Assembly: GCA_965232515.1 (NCBI GenBank)
Contig: CBDDPY010000002.1
Location: 3,360,001-3,424,000 of the forward strand
DNA length: 64,000 nucleotides
Source of the DNA: Alphaproteobacteria bacterium
GTDB taxonomy: Bacteria; Pseudomonadota; Alphaproteobacteria; GCA-2731375
Direction of reading: 5' to 3'
Shown here: piece after piece, positions 1 through 8,853 of the stretch
Layout: each line of letters opens with the position of its first letter
How positions within the stretch are numbered: the stretch's first letter is position 1
The notes under the pieces: generated by a model
Seen by the model: the letters and a program-made list of their open reading frames with translations, nothing else
What the model was told of the DNA's origin: nothing
Databases searched by the model: none
Made by a program: the position numbers and the translations under genes

Positions 1-395
1 AATTCGGCGCCTCGCTGACCTGGTACGACGAGGTCGTGCCGATCATGCTGGCCTGGCTGTCCTATTTCGGCGCCTCGCTGGCGGCGTTGAAGCGCGGGCA
101 TCTGGGCTTTCCGGGTTTGGTTCAGGTCGCGCCGCCGAACGTGCGCCTGATACTGCTGGTGTTCGTCGAGGTGCTGGTGATCGCCTTCTTCGTGATCCTG
201 GCCTGGAGCGGCTGGCAGATCATCATCATCATCGCCGGCGACACGCTGACCAGCCTGCCCTGGGTGCACATGTCGGTGACCCAGTCGATCATCCCAATCG
301 GCGCCGTGCTGTTCATCGTCGCCGAGCTGCTGACGCTGCCGGACGAATGGCGGGCGGCGCGCGAAGGCCGGCGCCTCGCCCACGGCGACGGCTGA
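1..395 (+). CDS. dctQ: TRAP transporter small permease (5' partial)
   Basis: Frame is open from the window edge (FGASLTWYDEV...); hydrophobic 4-TM-like protein directly upstream of DctM. Confidence 0.85.
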   Translation, partial: FGASLTWYDEVVPIMLAWLSYFGASLAALKRGHLGFPGLVQVAPPNVRLILLVFVEVLVIAFFVILAWSGWQIIIIIAGDTLTSLPWVHMSVTQSIIPIGAVLFIVAELLTLPDEWRAAREGRRLAHGDG

Positions 396-410
396 GGCGG
401 ACCGACCGTC

Positions 411-1694
411 ATGGCCGCGCTCATCATGCTGGTCGCGCTGATCGCGCTGATCCTGATCAACATGCCGATCGCCATCGCGCTCGGCGTCGTCGCGGTGTCG
501 GCCATCGTGCTGACGGACGGCTTCGGCGCGCTCCTGTCGATGGGCGTGGTGATGTTCGAGGCGGCGACCAAGTTTCCGCTGCTGGCGATCCCGATGTTCG
601 TGCTGGCCGGCGGCATCATGAACACGACGGGCATTTCGCGGCGTCTGATCGCCTTCGCCTCGGCGATGTTGGGCTTCATCCGCGGCGGCCTCGCCATGGT
701 CAACATCGCCACCTCGATGTTCTTCGCCGAGATCTCGGGCTCGGCCGTCGCCGACGTCACCGCCATCGGCTCGATCCTGATCCCGGCCATGCGCCAGCGC
801 GGCTACCCCAACACCTTCGCGGCGGCCGTCACCTCGTCGTCCGCCTCGCTGGCGATCATCATCCCGCCGTCGATCCCGATGATCCTCTACGCCGTGATCG
901 CCGACACCTCGGTGATCCAGATGTTTATCGCCGGCGTCGTGCCCGGCATCATCGGCGCGGCCGGCCTGATGGGTCTCTCCTACTGGTTCGCCCGCCGGCG
1001 CGGCTATCCGGTCGAGGAGGTTTTCCAGATCAGCCATGTCTGGCGCACCTTCAAGGACGCGGCCTGGGCCTTCCTGCTGCCGATCATCATCTTGGGCGGC
1101 ATCTTCGGCGGCATCGTCACCGCGACCGAGGGCGCGGGTCTTGCCGTGGTCGCGGCGATCTTCATCGGCGGCGTCATTTACCGCGAGCTGACCTGGGCGC
1201 AGCTCGCGCGGTCCATGGTCGAGGGCGCGATTCAGACCTCGGTCGTCGTGCTGCTGATCGTCACCTCGGCGCTGCTGGGGCTTTACCTGACCCAGACCCG
1301 GCTGCCGCACGAACTCGCCAACTGGGTGATCAGCCTGACCGACAACCAGATCCTGGTCCTGGCGATGTTCAACGTGCTGTTCATCGTGCTGGGCTTCTTC
1401 CTGCACGGCGCCGCCGCGATCATCCTGGTGGTGCCCATCGTCATGCCGATCGTGCACCAGCTCGGCATCGATCCCGTGCATTTCGGCCTGATCGTGACGT
1501 TGAACCTGGCGATCGGCCAGCAAACGCCGCCGGTCGCCAGCGTCCTGATCGTGACCTGCTCGATCGCCAAGGCCGACGTCTGGGCGGTGACCAAGACAAA
1601 CGTCTATTTCATCGGCGTGCTGCTGGCGGTGCTGATGCTGGTGACCTACGTGCCGGCGATTCCGCTGTTCCTGGTCGAGACCTTCTATCGCTAA
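411..1694 (+). CDS. dctM: TRAP transporter large permease
   Basis: LLAIPMFVLAG, SGSAVAD, IIPPSIPMI and TPPV motifs; 427 aa, hydrophobic. Confidence 0.95.
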   Translation: MAALIMLVALIALILINMPIAIALGVVAVSAIVLTDGFGALLSMGVVMFEAATKFPLLAIPMFVLAGGIMNTTGISRRLIAFASAMLGFIRGGLAMVNIATSMFFAEISGSAVADVTAIGSILIPAMRQRGYPNTFAAAVTSSSASLAIIIPPSIPMILYAVIADTSVIQMFIAGVVPGIIGAAGLMGLSYWFARRRGYPVEEVFQISHVWRTFKDAAWAFLLPIIILGGIFGGIVTATEGAGLAVVAAIFIGGVIYRELTWAQLARSMVEGAIQTSVVVLLIVTSALLGLYLTQTRLPHELANWVISLTDNQILVLAMFNVLFIVLGFFLHGAAAIILVVPIVMPIVHQLGIDPVHFGLIVTLNLAIGQQTPPVASVLIVTCSIAKADVWAVTKTNVYFIGVLLAVLMLVTYVPAIPLFLVETFYR

Positions 1695-1723
1695 GCTGGG
1701 CTAGGCTGGCCGGAGAGAACCCC

Positions 1724-2677
1724 ATGGTGAAGATCGCGCTGCTGGATGACTACCAGAACGTCGCATTGAAGATGGCGGACTGGTCGGTGCTGCCGGGCGA
1801 CGCCGAGGTGACGGTGTTCAACGAATATCTCGGCGACGGTGACGCCGTCGCCGCGCGGCTCGCCGACTTCGAGATCGTCGGTATCATGCGCGAGCGCACG
1901 CCGTTTCCGCGCGCGCTGTTCGAGAAGCTGCCGAACCTGAAGCTGCTGGTGACGACTGGCATGCGCAACGCATCCATCGACCTCGCCGCCGCCGCCGATC
2001 ACGGCGTCATGGTCTGCGGCACGAGGGGCCTCGCCCGCAACACCGTCGAGCTGACCTGGGCGCTGATCCTGGCCGCCGCGCGCTCGCTGCCGTTCGAGGA
2101 CCGCCGGATGCGCGAGGGCGGCTGGCAGACGACGCTCGGCCGCGACCTAGAGGGCGCGACGCTCGGCGTCATCGGCCTCGGCCGACTGGGCAGCCAGGTC
2201 GCGACCATCGGCAAGGCCTTCGGTATGAACCTGCTGGCCTGGAGCCAGAACCTGACGGGTGAGCGGGCAGCGGAATTCGACGCGACGCTGGTCTCGAAGG
2301 ACGAGCTGCTTGCGCAGGCCGATTTCGTCACCATCCACCTGGTCCTGAGCGGCCGCACGCGCGGCCTGATCGGCGCCGCCGAGCTGGCGCGGATGAAGCC
2401 GGATGCCTATCTGATCAACGCGTCCCGCGGGCCGATCGTCGACGAGGCCGCGTTGATCGCGGCATTGGAAGCGAAACGGATCGCCGGCGCCGGCCTCGAC
2501 GTCTACGACATCGAGCCGCTGCCCACCGACCACCCGCTCCGCCGCCTCGATAACGTCGTGCTGTCGCCGCATATCGGCTACGTCACGGGAAATACCTATC
2601 GGGTGTTCTATGGCGACATGGTCGAGGCGATCGCCGGCTACCTCGACGGCGCGCCGGTCCGGCAACTTCAGGCCTGA
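1724..2677 (+). CDS. D-2-hydroxyacid dehydrogenase family protein
   Basis: MVKIALLDDYQ start after GGAGAG RBS; GLGRLG Rossmann motif, INASRG, SPHIGY. Confidence 0.93.
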   Translation: MVKIALLDDYQNVALKMADWSVLPGDAEVTVFNEYLGDGDAVAARLADFEIVGIMRERTPFPRALFEKLPNLKLLVTTGMRNASIDLAAAADHGVMVCGTRGLARNTVELTWALILAAARSLPFEDRRMREGGWQTTLGRDLEGATLGVIGLGRLGSQVATIGKAFGMNLLAWSQNLTGERAAEFDATLVSKDELLAQADFVTIHLVLSGRTRGLIGAAELARMKPDAYLINASRGPIVDEAALIAALEAKRIAGAGLDVYDIEPLPTDHPLRRLDNVVLSPHIGYVTGNTYRVFYGDMVEAIAGYLDGAPVRQLQA

Positions 2678-2926
2678 CATTCTGCGCGTGTCGCAGAGAA
2701 AGTTCCGAAAATTAGAGATAATTCAAAGAATAAACTTCCATATATTGAAGTAAACATATCTGTGCGCTCACCCTCGCATTAACATAATTTTCAGCCGACC
2801 AACCATATATTCAATCATGACGGCAGGTTTTCTACAAATCTGTCGAAAAAGACAAAATTTTACATAAGTTATCCAATCGGGTGATGGTCGAATGGCGGGA
2901 AATTGGGGGAGACATGGTGGAATGTC

Positions 2927-3466
2927 ATGCTCTCGAGCTACGGACACCCCTTCGAGGCAAAGCAGCTAAGGCCGCTTAACCTTGGTCCCCTCGACGTGCT
3001 GGTCGTGGACGACAATCCGCAGATCCGCGAACTGCTCGTCACCATCCTGGACGCCCTGCACGTCAAGCACATCCGCGAAGCCACGGACGGCGACGCCGGC
3101 TTCAAAGAGGTCTGCGCCTCGCCACCGGACATCGTCCTGACCGACTGGGTCATGGAACCGGTCAGCGGCGTCGAACTGGTCCGGCGCATCCGACAGTCCG
3201 AGAAGAGCCCGAACCCGTTCCTGCCCGTGGTCATGATCACCAGTTCGTGCAGCTCGACCGAGGTGATCGAAGCGCGCGATGCCGGCGTCAGCGAGTTCCT
3301 GGTCAAGCCGATCACGCCGAAAGCGCTGTACGAACGCATCGTCTCGCTGGTCGAGCGGCCGCGCCCGTTCATCCGCACCAAGTCCTTCTTCGGACCCTGC
3401 CGGCGGCAGGATCGGCTGGCGGGCTATGGCGGCCCGGAACGGCGGCGCGGCGGCACCGATCGCTGA
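2927..3466 (+). CDS. CheY-like receiver protein with Arg-rich C-terminal tail (Cle-like)
   Basis: VVDDN, LTDWVM, MIT and LVKP receiver motifs; tail FFGPCRR...YGGPERRR. Confidence 0.85.
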   Translation: MLSSYGHPFEAKQLRPLNLGPLDVLVVDDNPQIRELLVTILDALHVKHIREATDGDAGFKEVCASPPDIVLTDWVMEPVSGVELVRRIRQSEKSPNPFLPVVMITSSCSSTEVIEARDAGVSEFLVKPITPKALYERIVSLVERPRPFIRTKSFFGPCRRQDRLAGYGGPERRRGGTDR

Positions 3467-3502
3467 TCAGACCGCGAGACGAACGTTCAAGGGACGGGAA
3501 TC

Positions 3503-4021
3503 ATGGGCAAGCCAGCAGCGAAATCCGCCGCGCCGCCGCGTGGCAAACCGGGCGACTTCGAGGAGATCGTGCCGCCGAACCTGCTGTTGAAAAAGCTGGG
3601 ACCCGGACGCGGCGTCGATCCGGATCTGCTGATCGAGGCCGAAACCGCCGTCTATGCCTTGCAGGCGAAGTTCGAAAAACGCTTCATGACCGAGATGAAC
3701 GCGCTGCAGGACACCTTCAACGAGATGAAGCTGAACAACGATTTCGACATTCAGCACGTCGCCAACACGGTGCGGGAATTGACCGGCGAAAGCGGCACCT
3801 ACGGCTATCCGCTGGTCAGCCGCTTCGGCCGGTCGTTGTGCGTGTTCATGGACGACATGACGAACCTCGATGCCGAGCAGGTCGGGTTGATCGACGCCCA
3901 TCTCGATGCCATGCGCGCCGTGGTCGGCGGCAAGGTGCGCGGCGACGGCGGCAAGATGGGTCAGCAGCTCGTGCACGAGCTCGAAATGGTGACGTCGCGC
4001 ATGTCGATCACCCTGCCCTGA
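3503..4021 (+). CDS. Hpt-fold phosphotransfer-like protein, canonical His apparently absent
   Basis: VRELTGESGTYGYPLVSRFGRSLC resembles AHDLKGxGGTFGYPL Hpt proteins that accompany such receivers. Confidence 0.7.
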   Translation: MGKPAAKSAAPPRGKPGDFEEIVPPNLLLKKLGPGRGVDPDLLIEAETAVYALQAKFEKRFMTEMNALQDTFNEMKLNNDFDIQHVANTVRELTGESGTYGYPLVSRFGRSLCVFMDDMTNLDAEQVGLIDAHLDAMRAVVGGKVRGDGGKMGQQLVHELEMVTSRMSITLP

Positions 4022-4084
4022 CGGCGCCGCCGTCCATCGAATTCCACTAGGCGACAAGAGGGCGAACCGGGTAGCCTGCGGCCC

Positions 4085-5563
4085 ATGTCGCAGGAACCAC
4101 CTCACAGCGTATCGGAAACAGGGCTCGCACGCCTCGCCCGGCGGATCGCACGCGATCTGGACTATCTGAACTATCCGCCCCGGAACTGGGTCGTGCCGCA
4201 CGATGACGGGCACGGCGGCCAGCTCGTTGACGTCGCCATCGTTGGCGGCGGCATGTGCGGCCTGACGCTCGCCTTCGCGTTGCGGCGTGTCGGCGTCGGC
4301 AACATCCGCCTGATCGACAGCCAGCCGGACGGTCAGGAAGGCCCCTGGGTGACCTATGCCCGCATGGCCACCCTGCGCTCGCCCAAGCACCTGGTCGGCC
4401 CGGCGCTCGACCTGCCCAGCCTCACCTTCCGGGCCTGGTACGAGGCGCAGTTCGGCGTCGATGCCTGGGAGGCGCTCGGCCGCATCGACCGGACGATGTG
4501 GATGGACTATCTGCGCTGGTACCGCCGGGTCCTGGACCTGCCGGTCGAGAACGGCGTGACGATGACATCGCTTGCGTCCGAAGGCGACGCCATCCGCCTT
4601 GATCTCGAAAGGGCGAGCGGCCCCGACGTGCTGCGGGCCCGCAAAGTGGTGCTGGCCACAGGACGCGACGGGCTGGGCGGTCCCTATACGCCGGCCGTCG
4701 CCGCGGGCCTGCCGGCCGATCGCTGCAGCCACTCGGCCGACGACATCGATTTCGCGGCGCTTGCCGGCAGGCAGGTCGCGGTGCTGGGCGGCGGCGCCTC
4801 GGCCTGCGACAACGCCGGCGTCGCGCTCGAGATGGGCGCCGCCGAGGTGCGGCAGTTCGTGCGCCGCGACGACCTGCCGCGCGTCAACAAATCCAAGGGC
4901 GCGGTCTATGCCGGCTATGCGCTGGCGTTTCCGCACCTGGACGACGCCTGGCGCTGGCGCTTTCTGCATTACGTGCTGGACGAACAGGTGCCGCCGCCGC
5001 GCGAATCCATGCTGCGGCTCTCACGGCACGCCAACTATCACCTGCAGCTCGGCTGCCCCTGGCGGCGGGCCGAAGCGGACGGCGACGGCATCGCCATCGA
5101 CACACCCAAGGGCGTGTTTCACGCCGACCACGCGATCATCGGCACCGGCTTCGACGTCGACATCGGCCGTCGGCCCGAGCTGGCGGCGCTCGCAGATCAC
5201 GTGCTGCTCTGGCAGGACCGGGTCGCCATCGACGATGGCGAACTGTCCCGTCAGTTCGGCCGGTTTCCCTATCTGGGTCCGGACTTCGCTTTCCTGCCGC
5301 GCGCGCCCGACGGCCCAGGCTGGCTCGCCAACGTGCATTGCTTCAACTATGCCTCGACGCTGAGCCACGGCCCCGTCAGCGGCGATATCCCGCTGCTCGG
5401 GTTCGGTGCCGAGCGCCTCGCCGGCGGGGTCGCCGCCAGTTTCTTCGACGCGGACAAGCAGGCCCATTTCGCCGACCTGCAGGCCTTCGACGAACCGGAA
5501 CTGCTGGGCGACGAATGGTCGGTCGACGACGCTGACCCGCCGCAGCGCCGACAACAATCCTGA
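4085..5563 (+). CDS. FAD/NAD(P)-dependent monooxygenase, HpyO (urate hydroxylase)-like
   Basis: GGGMCG FAD motif, EGPWVTYARMATLRSPK, second GGGASA motif; substrate not established. Confidence 0.8.
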   Translation: MSQEPPHSVSETGLARLARRIARDLDYLNYPPRNWVVPHDDGHGGQLVDVAIVGGGMCGLTLAFALRRVGVGNIRLIDSQPDGQEGPWVTYARMATLRSPKHLVGPALDLPSLTFRAWYEAQFGVDAWEALGRIDRTMWMDYLRWYRRVLDLPVENGVTMTSLASEGDAIRLDLERASGPDVLRARKVVLATGRDGLGGPYTPAVAAGLPADRCSHSADDIDFAALAGRQVAVLGGGASACDNAGVALEMGAAEVRQFVRRDDLPRVNKSKGAVYAGYALAFPHLDDAWRWRFLHYVLDEQVPPPRESMLRLSRHANYHLQLGCPWRRAEADGDGIAIDTPKGVFHADHAIIGTGFDVDIGRRPELAALADHVLLWQDRVAIDDGELSRQFGRFPYLGPDFAFLPRAPDGPGWLANVHCFNYASTLSHGPVSGDIPLLGFGAERLAGGVAASFFDADKQAHFADLQAFDEPELLGDEWSVDDADPPQRRQQS

Positions 5564-6481
5564 TCAGTCGGCGGCGAGCCCGCCGAAACGTTCCCGGAAG
5601 TAGGCCGCGGCCTCGGGCAACGGCCCCTCGGCCGTTTCCGCCGCGGCCATCAGGTGTTCTTCGGCCGGTAGGGCCGTGAGGCGGTAGAGGTTGCGGCAGA
5701 GCGCGCGGGCGGGCCGGCCCGGCCAGTCGACCGGCAACAGCTCGTCCGGCAGCATGGGATCGCGCAACAGCACCCGCCGATAGTCGTGCACCAGCAGCGT
5801 TCGGACCAGGAAGCAACTCCGCGGGTCCGGCGCCGACGCCTCGCCCAAGGCCTGGTAGATCGGCCGGAAGTGATCGACGAAGGCCGCGTAGTCGGCGGCG
5901 AGCCGGTCGAGATCCCAGGCGCCACGCACCAGCGCCTGCAGCGCCGGCAGCTGGTTCGTCGCCTGCGCCGTCATCACCACCAGCCGGTCGGTCAGACCCT
6001 GATCCTGGAAGGTTTGGGTCAACGCCTCCATGTCCGGCGCCGGATGCGCCAGCACGGTCGGCGCGAACGTGCCGAATCCCAGCCATTGCAGCTCGCGCCG
6101 CACGGCCTCGCGCGCCGCACTGTCGAGCTCGCCGGCCAGGACCAGCCGCCACTGGCCGTCCCACGGCGCCCGCGGCGGCGCGTAGATCCGCCGGTGCGCC
6201 GCCTCGAAGCGCTGGCGGCCGCTTTCGGTCAGGCTGTAATAGCTGCGCCGGCCGAGCTGACGCGCGGCCAGCCAGTCGTCGGCCACCAGCCGGAACACGG
6301 CCGTGCGCACCATGCGCTCGTTCAGGCCCAGCGGCGCGACCAGCCGGATCAGACTGCCAAGCCAGACCGAACCGCCATGCGGCAGGATGGCGTCGCCGAA
6401 CACCGTGACGATGACCGACTTCCCCTTCAAGTCGATCTGCCGCCTGAGCTTGTCGATCAATCCGTCGAGCCGCCGGGTCAT
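5564..6481 (-). CDS. paaX: Phenylacetate degradation repressor PaaX
   Basis: KSVIVTVFGD, ERMVRTAVFRL, WDGQW, LLVHDYRRVLLRDPMLPDELLP. Confidence 0.93.
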   Translation of the reverse strand: MTRRLDGLIDKLRRQIDLKGKSVIVTVFGDAILPHGGSVWLGSLIRLVAPLGLNERMVRTAVFRLVADDWLAARQLGRRSYYSLTESGRQRFEAAHRRIYAPPRAPWDGQWRLVLAGELDSAAREAVRRELQWLGFGTFAPTVLAHPAPDMEALTQTFQDQGLTDRLVVMTAQATNQLPALQALVRGAWDLDRLAADYAAFVDHFRPIYQALGEASAPDPRSCFLVRTLLVHDYRRVLLRDPMLPDELLPVDWPGRPARALCRNLYRLTALPAEEHLMAAAETAEGPLPEAAAYFRERFGGLAAD

Positions 6482-6592
6482 GGCGCGCTTCGGCCTCCTG
6501 TTGGTCGATTCAGTCTGTCGCCGGACATAGTTCACACCCCTGGCCTTGTCCACGGCCGCCAGAGCGGCGCAATGGCGTTGACAGATCGTAAA

Positions 6593-6631
6593 TGATACAT
6601 ATACTACGATCTATCCTATAAATTGGTATCA
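6593..6631. promoter_or_regulatory. PaaX-type operator TGATAC-N27-GTATCA
   Basis: Inverted hexamers 27 nt apart between divergent paaX and the paaA-like gene; same architecture as known PaaX operators. Confidence 0.7.
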
Positions 6632-6646
6632 TATTGGAGAGCCACG

Positions 6647-7459
6647 ATGCCGGATTGGAAGACTTACGACAAGGGCGATCCAATGCCCGAGGATTATCGG
6701 AAGCTGCTGATCCATCTGATGACCTTTCAGGCCGATTCCGAATATGCCGGCGCCCAGCGCGTCGCCGAAAACATGCGCTTCGCGCCAAGGCCGGAGGAGG
6801 CCTACCGGCTGTCGAAGAAGGTCATGGAGGAGATGGGCCACGGCTACTATGTCTGGGCGCTGTTGCAGGATCTCGGCGTCGATGTCGACGCCCGGCTGCA
6901 GGAACTGGTCCAGCATCCCGACAACCCGGATCCGAAGAAGGTCAACGTGATCAACGGTTTCCGCAAGGAGAACTGGTCGCAGTGGTTCGAGTGCTGGGAA
7001 GACGTGGCGCTGTTCTCGACCGTCGTCACGCCGGCCGCGGTGGCGTTTCTGGGTCAATACCGCGAGTGTTCCTACAAGCCCTGGGCCCGCGTCAACGTGC
7101 GCATTCACAAGGAAGAGCACGGCCATCTGGCGTTCGGCGTCTGGGCGTCCAAGCGCTGTATCGAGTTCGGCGGCGAGGAGACGCGCGCCTTCATGCAGAC
7201 CCGCATTCCGAAATTCATGCGCGTCGGCCTCGGCTTCTACGGCCGGCCGTCGACCGGCGGTGCGAAGTCCGCGATGTTCGACAAGTATTACGAATACGGC
7301 ATCAAGGTGAAGAAGCCTGAAGAGCTTCAGGCCGAGTATCTCGAATTGCTTGAGTCGCGGTTGGCCGAGGTCGGCCTGGAAGTGCCCGCCGACATCGAAG
7401 CCGACTACGACATGCGCATGGGCTACGAGGCCGACGAGCCGGCCACGGCGGCACAGTAG
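6647..7459 (+). CDS. PaaA/PaaC-family ferritin-like protein, divergent
   Basis: GDPMPEDYRK, ADSE, EEMGH, CSYKPW, EEHGH; GGAGAG RBS. Confidence 0.8.
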   Translation: MPDWKTYDKGDPMPEDYRKLLIHLMTFQADSEYAGAQRVAENMRFAPRPEEAYRLSKKVMEEMGHGYYVWALLQDLGVDVDARLQELVQHPDNPDPKKVNVINGFRKENWSQWFECWEDVALFSTVVTPAAVAFLGQYRECSYKPWARVNVRIHKEEHGHLAFGVWASKRCIEFGGEETRAFMQTRIPKFMRVGLGFYGRPSTGGAKSAMFDKYYEYGIKVKKPEELQAEYLELLESRLAEVGLEVPADIEADYDMRMGYEADEPATAAQ

Positions 7460-7470
7460 GAGGACGCGCG

Positions 7471-7881
7471 ATGATGCGTGAAGAAGGCGTCGCCGAGCTG
7501 CCGAACCGGCTGTTCGCCGACGGCCGCAGCATCCTGGCCCGCTTCGGCTATCGGCACGTCGCGAACGGCGCCGAACGCGATGACTGGGCCGCCATGTGGG
7601 ACCTGCTGCGGCCGGACTTCGCAACGGCGGAACGGCCGGACATCGCAACCTACGACGTGCTCTCCGAGGAGGCGCAATCGCTGGCCCGCGCCTACATGCG
7701 CGTCCGGCTGGAGGCCGACCGAAATCTGGAGGCCTGCGAGCGGCTGCATGTACAGCTCTATGCCGACGGTATCGACAAGGACGTCGTCGAGGACTACGCC
7801 GTCGTCCGCGACGCCTATGAAGACAGCGTCGAGGCCTTCGGCGCCGCACGCGAAAAACTGGCGCCGCACCTGTCCCGGTAG
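7471..7881 (+). CDS. Hypothetical acidic helical protein, co-transcribed with the paaA-like gene
   Basis: GGAGGA RBS, 11-nt gap, GC3-rich codons, followed by a terminator. Confidence 0.7.
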   Translation: MMREEGVAELPNRLFADGRSILARFGYRHVANGAERDDWAAMWDLLRPDFATAERPDIATYDVLSEEAQSLARAYMRVRLEADRNLEACERLHVQLYADGIDKDVVEDYAVVRDAYEDSVEAFGAAREKLAPHLSR

Positions 7882-7905
7882 GTGTTCGTCACAACACCTG
7901 AATTC

Positions 7906-7933
7906 GGCCCCGCACGTCGGGGCCTTTTCTTTT
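7906..7933 (+). terminator. Intrinsic terminator
   Basis: GGCCCCG-cacgt-CGGGGCC stem followed by TTTTCTTTT. Confidence 0.8.
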
Positions 7934-7953
7934 GTGCAATTAGGCCGGCCGGC

Positions 7954-8736
7954 TCAGACCGCGCCGGCGGTGGCGACTGGCGCCTCAAGTTCCAACGCCG
8001 CCAGACGTGTCTGCATCTCGCTTTCCCAACGCGCCAGCAGGTCGGCGTTGCCGTATTGCCGCAGGCCATAGCTGCGATAGAGCTCGAACCGCCGCGAATC
8101 CAGCCGGCCGAACGTGGCCGCGACCCGCGGATGCCAGTAGTTGACCGCCGCCTGCGCCGCCAGTCGGTCGCCGGTGCGCTCGATCGCCTGGCGCAGGCCG
8201 GTCTCGCCCAACGCGGCGTGTTCGGCCTCGCGCGGCACCACGTCACGCATCACGGTCGCGAGCGGCGCATAAGAGCACGCCGCCAGCTCGGCCAACTGGA
8301 TCGACGAGGCGATGCCCATGGCCATGTTCATGGTCACCGCGTCCAGCCAGCCCTGGACCGGATAGTGGAAGACGTTCAAGCGTTTGTCGCCGGCAATGCG
8401 GCGGGTGCCGAGATCGAGCTCGCGGTTCAGCCGCGCCGCCCAGGGGTGCGAACGCAGATACAGCGCCGGGTTGACGCCGAAACGTTCCAGCAGCGCCAGC
8501 ACGGCCTCCGCATGGGCGAACTTTTCACTCACCATGCGGGCGGCGATGCTGCGTTCGCGCAGGCCCGGGGCGCTGTTGATGTGATCGACGAAGCCAGCGG
8601 CGCCCGCGAGCTCCGAATCCACGAACACGACCATCAGTCGCATCAACTCGCCGCGATAGCCGGGCGACAGCTCGTCGTCCGCATCCAACCGGCCGCCGCC
8701 GCCTATGCGCTCGATCATGTCCGCGTCGGTCACCAT
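7954..8736 (-). CDS. Second PaaA/PaaC-family protein with degenerate metal site
   Basis: YRGELMRLM, VDSELAGAAG, EKFAH, CSYAPL, REAEH. Confidence 0.8.
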   Translation of the reverse strand: MVTDADMIERIGGGGRLDADDELSPGYRGELMRLMVVFVDSELAGAAGFVDHINSAPGLRERSIAARMVSEKFAHAEAVLALLERFGVNPALYLRSHPWAARLNRELDLGTRRIAGDKRLNVFHYPVQGWLDAVTMNMAMGIASSIQLAELAACSYAPLATVMRDVVPREAEHAALGETGLRQAIERTGDRLAAQAAVNYWHPRVAATFGRLDSRRFELYRSYGLRQYGNADLLARWESEMQTRLAALELEAPVATAGAV

Positions 8737-8764
8737 CGCAGGATACTCCCGAGTCGTCAGAAAG

Positions 8765-8803
8765 AGATACAAGAATAGACAATTTATTGTTCGATTGGTA
8801 TCA
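8765..8803. promoter_or_regulatory. Second PaaX-type operator AGATAC-N27-GTATCA
   Basis: Same spacing as 6593-6631; shares the 14-mer ATTGGTATCATATT (6622-6635 and 8794-8807). Confidence 0.7.
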
Positions 8804-8853
8804 TATTTTCCGTAAGATTGGATTTGCAGCGGACCGAGCGAGAACGGCGCGCC

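Noticed and set aside
347-1723. N-terminal 459 aa of the 776-aa ORF
   Set aside because: Arg-rich off-frame shadow of dctM; the real dehydrogenase starts at 1724 with its own RBS
6647-8736. Assigning the symbols paaA and paaC
   Set aside because: Divergent sequences, altered ligands and a non-canonical arrangement; orthology is not established
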